Shown here: piece after piece, positions 59,045 to 64,000 of the stretch | How the letters are laid out: the number at the start of each line of letters is the position of its first letter | Numbering within the stretch: the stretch's first letter is position 1 | The notes under the pieces: generated by a model | Databases searched by the model: none | Told to the model about the DNA's origin: nothing | What the model saw: the letters and a program-made list of their open reading frames with translations, nothing else | Origin: the human T2T-CHM13v2.0 reference genome, Homo sapiens | Assembly: GCF_009914755.1 (NCBI RefSeq) | Contig: NC_060940.1 | Reading direction: 5' to 3' (one strand) | DNA: 64,000 bases | Program-made: the position numbers and the translations under genes

Positions 59045-59186
59045 TCAGATCTCGCCGGCCTCCTTCTCTTCTGACCTCCGTGAAGCCATCTTCCCGTTGG
59101 AGCTCTCAAGCCTCCAGTCCGGGGGCCCTCGCTCGCTCCGCCCGCTCTCCCAGGACTCCTCTCTGGATGCCCGCTCTCTGGAGAAC
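59045..59186 (-). CDS. LUC7L: LUC7L last coding exon (FSRERASREESWESGRSERGPPDWRLESSNGKMASRRSEEKEAGEI*)
   Basis: Acceptor tttcccag|GTTCTCC and recognised LUC7L C-terminus. Confidence 0.93.
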
Positions 59187-59814
59187 CTGGGAAATGGGAA
59201 CCAGAGGCTCAGTGGAGGCTGCTGCCCCCCTTCTGCTGGCCGCTCAGGCACTGACGATGGACCCGCAGACCAGGCCAGGCAAGGCCCTACATCCCCTATA
59301 CCTGGAAACCCCCCGGAGGCCAACCAGACTTGCCCACCACATATGGAGTGTTAGATAGCCATTAAAAAGTGACCTTTGCGAAGATTTTTAATAAGGAGAG
59401 CCTTCACTGTAACATAAACAGTGCAAAGGAGAATACAACACTATATGCACAGAACATGACACTACGTAAAAACACAATGGAAAAAAAAATATCAAAAACA
59501 AAAACCAAAACAGAGGTAAGCAGGGCCTGGTCAGGACACAAGTCTCAGCCACTCTGAGCATGGACGCAACAGTGCACAGGCCCCAGGACGCAGGCAGGGG
59601 ACAGTGCCTGTGCAGCCCATCACCTGGCGCCGTGCGAGCTCCTCCACAGCCCTCTCGCCTCTTCCCACACCTGAGTCCCGTTCACGACTCCCCAGCCCTA
59701 CTCCTGAGGGTGAGCCCAGCCCCATCCCCACCAGACACGGCCCTCAGCAGACCCTGGGAACACAGAGAAGGGCTCACTCCTGGTTGCAGCTACCGAAGGA
59801 GTCAGAGTAGTTAC

Positions 59815-59982
59815 TTGTATTTCGCACTTCGGTCCCGGGAAGCCCGACGATGTCCCCGGCTGTGGCTCCGGGAACGGCTGCGGTGGCGCCGATGTCTATC
59901 TCGGGACCGGGACCGGGACAATTTCCGTCGCTCTCGGGAGGTAGATCTTGACCGCCTCCGACGCCGATCCCGGGAGCGTGAC
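59815..59982 (-). CDS. LUC7L: LUC7L RS-domain exon (168 bp; SRSRDRRRRRSRSTSRERRKLSRSRSRDRHRRHRSRSRSHSRGHRRASRDRSAKYK)
   Basis: Acceptor ttcag|G and donor AA|gtaact; RS-rich frame is continuous with both neighbouring exons. Confidence 0.93.
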
Positions 59983-60387
59983 CTGAACAATCAGAAGGCT
60001 CCAAGGCTGAGACTCTATAGGTGCCAACACTATGAGGGCCCCACCCCTCAGCAGATTCTGCTTGCTGCTTTACTGACATTTTCTCCTTTACTCCCACAAA
60101 TTTAGGTTTAAAATATTTCCATCAGTTCATCTCCAATGGCTAGGTCCTTCCAATGAGGTCTCCTGAAAACATGTGGCCTGGATACTCCTGTCACCCTGCA
60201 GGCCCCGACCTTCCCTCTCATTAACACTGGGAACCCTCCACGGCACCAAGCAACCTCTTGCCCTGTGCCCTTCACAAGCCAGCCCTACCTGCCAGGTAAC
60301 ATTTGTAAAGGCATAATCATTAAATATTAAGAAAAATGCTTATGGAAAAAAAAATTTGAGAACATTTTAATGGACCTGGAAACCTAC

Positions 60388-60417
60388 CTCCTGCGATCTC
60401 TGGTTCTTGATCCCGAC
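60388..60417 (-). CDS. LUC7L: LUC7L 30-bp exon (SGSRTRDRR)
   Basis: ttttag|GTCGGG...GGAG|gtaggt; frame-preserving. Confidence 0.9.
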
Positions 60418-60444
60418 CTAAAAGGGGGAAAAAAAGATGAACAA

Positions 60445-62651
<2,207 letters not shown>

Positions 62652-62775
62652 TTACTATTTTCTTTTATAACGGCCTATTGGGCAGGCCCTGCCTATTCCA
62701 AGCAACAGTGGAATGGACCGAGCAGGGAATGCCCGAGGCCAATGCAGGCCATCCAGTGCCAGCCCTCAGGCTCAC

Positions 62776-62864
62776 CTCCTGCTCAGACGCTCCTCCCGTT
62801 CCCTCTCCTCTCTCCTCCTCAAGCGATCCTGATTTCTCTTCTCCTGCTTTTCAGCGACAGTTTT
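62776..62864 (-). CDS. LUC7L: LUC7L coding exon (89 bp; KTVAEKQEKRNQDRLRRREEREREERLSR(R)); gene continues beyond the window end
   Basis: atttag|AAAACT...GGAG|gtgagc; matches the recalled LUC7L RE-rich segment. Confidence 0.92.
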
Positions 62865-63002
62865 CTAAATAAATGAAACAAAAAATGAGGAAGAGCAAGT
62901 TACACAAACCAGAGTGTGAATGCTACTTAACAAATCACCTTTATATGAGCTCAGTATTGGTAATTTAAAAATTGAAGGGACACTTTTAGGAAATGGGAAT
63001 AC

Positions 63003-64000
63003 TTTTTTTTTTCTCTTTGAAACGGTGTCTCACTGTCACCAGGCTGGAGTGCAGTGGCGTGATCTCGGCTCACTGCAACTTCCACCTCGAGTTCAACCTA
63101 TTCTTCTGCCTCGGCCTCCCAAGTAGCTGGGATTACAGGCACATGCCACCACACCCAACTAATTTTTGTATTTTTAGTAGAGATGGGGTTTCACCATGTT
63201 GGCCAGGATGGTCTTGATCTCTTGACCTTGTGACCCGCCTGCCTCAGCCTCCCAAAGTGCTGGGATTACAGGCATGAGCCACCGCGCCCGGCCAACACAT
63301 TCATTTTTAAAACTTCTTAATGAAGAAGATAACACATGAAAAAATGCTTTATCATTACATTTTTTTTTCCTGAGACAGAGTCCGCCCTGTTGCCCAGTGC
63401 AGTGGCGCGATCTTTGCTCACTGAAGCCTCTGCCTCCTGGGTTCAAGCGATTCTTCTGCCTCAGCCTCCTGAGTAGCTGGGATTACAAGCGTGCCAGCAC
63501 GGCCGGCTAATTTTTGTATGTTTAGTAGAGACGGGGTTTCACCATGTTGGTCTGGCTTGTCGCAAACTCCTAACCTTGTGATATGCCTGCCTCGGCCTCC
63601 CAAAGTGCAGCAATTACAGGCGTGAGGCACTGCACCCGGCCTCGTTTACATTTACTTTTTTTTTTTTTTTTGAGACGGAGTCTCGCTCTGTCACCCAGGC
63701 TGGAGTGCAGTGGCGCAATCTCGGCTCGCCGCAAGCTCCGCCTCCCGGGTTCACGCCATTCTCCTGTCCTGGCCTCCGGAGTAGCTGGGATTACAGGCGC
63801 CCGGCACTGCGCCCGGCTAATTTTTTGTATTTTTAGTAGAGACAGAGTTTCACCATGTTAGCCAGGATGGTCTCGATCTCCTGACCTCACGATCCGCCCG
63901 CCTCGGCCTCCCACAGTGCTGGGATTATAGGCATGAGCCACCGCGCTTGGCCACTTTTTTTTTTTTGAAACAGGGTCTTGCTCTGTCCACCCAGGCTGGA
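63003..64000 (-). mobile_element. Tandem antisense Alus
   Basis: Alu consensus with poly-T heads; the last copy is cut by the window end. Confidence 0.88.

Noticed and set aside
59186-60417. Three LUC7L exons also start with GT (AG|GT)
   Set aside because: The following bases (GTCGGG, GTCACG, GTTCTC) are poor donor matches, unlike the NPRL3 GTAAG case.

Overview
Human chr16p13.3 alpha-globin cluster, recognised from the translated exons. The order along the window is: 5' end of NPRL3 (minus strand; first two coding exons and CpG-island promoter), an Alu/L1-dense interval with putative erythroid elements, HBZ, the inter-zeta minisatellite, HBZP1, HBM, HBAP1, HBA2, HBA1, a Y3-RNA pseudogene, HBQ1, the 3' hypervariable minisatellite, and the last four exons of LUC7L (minus strand, convergent on the globin genes). 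All five intact globin genes match the expected proteins, and the two-alpha-gene arrangement is intact. Most ORFs in the supplied track are Alu, tandem-repeat or GC-rich artefacts. This is a very well-studied locus and I found no wholly new gene system. The most interesting sequence-level observations concern NPRL3 splicing: an exon whose first bases rebuild the upstream donor (recursive-splice-like), a +4 tandem donor that would keep frame if that exon is skipped, and a 32-bp VNTR in which every unit carries a 3' splice acceptor. Other notable items are possible reinitiation in the zeta pseudogene, an Alu-associated deletion inside a Tigger1 transposase, and a 1.14-kb zero-mismatch tract shared by HBA2 and HBA1. 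Repeat subfamily names and repeat boundaries were assigned by eye and are approximate.
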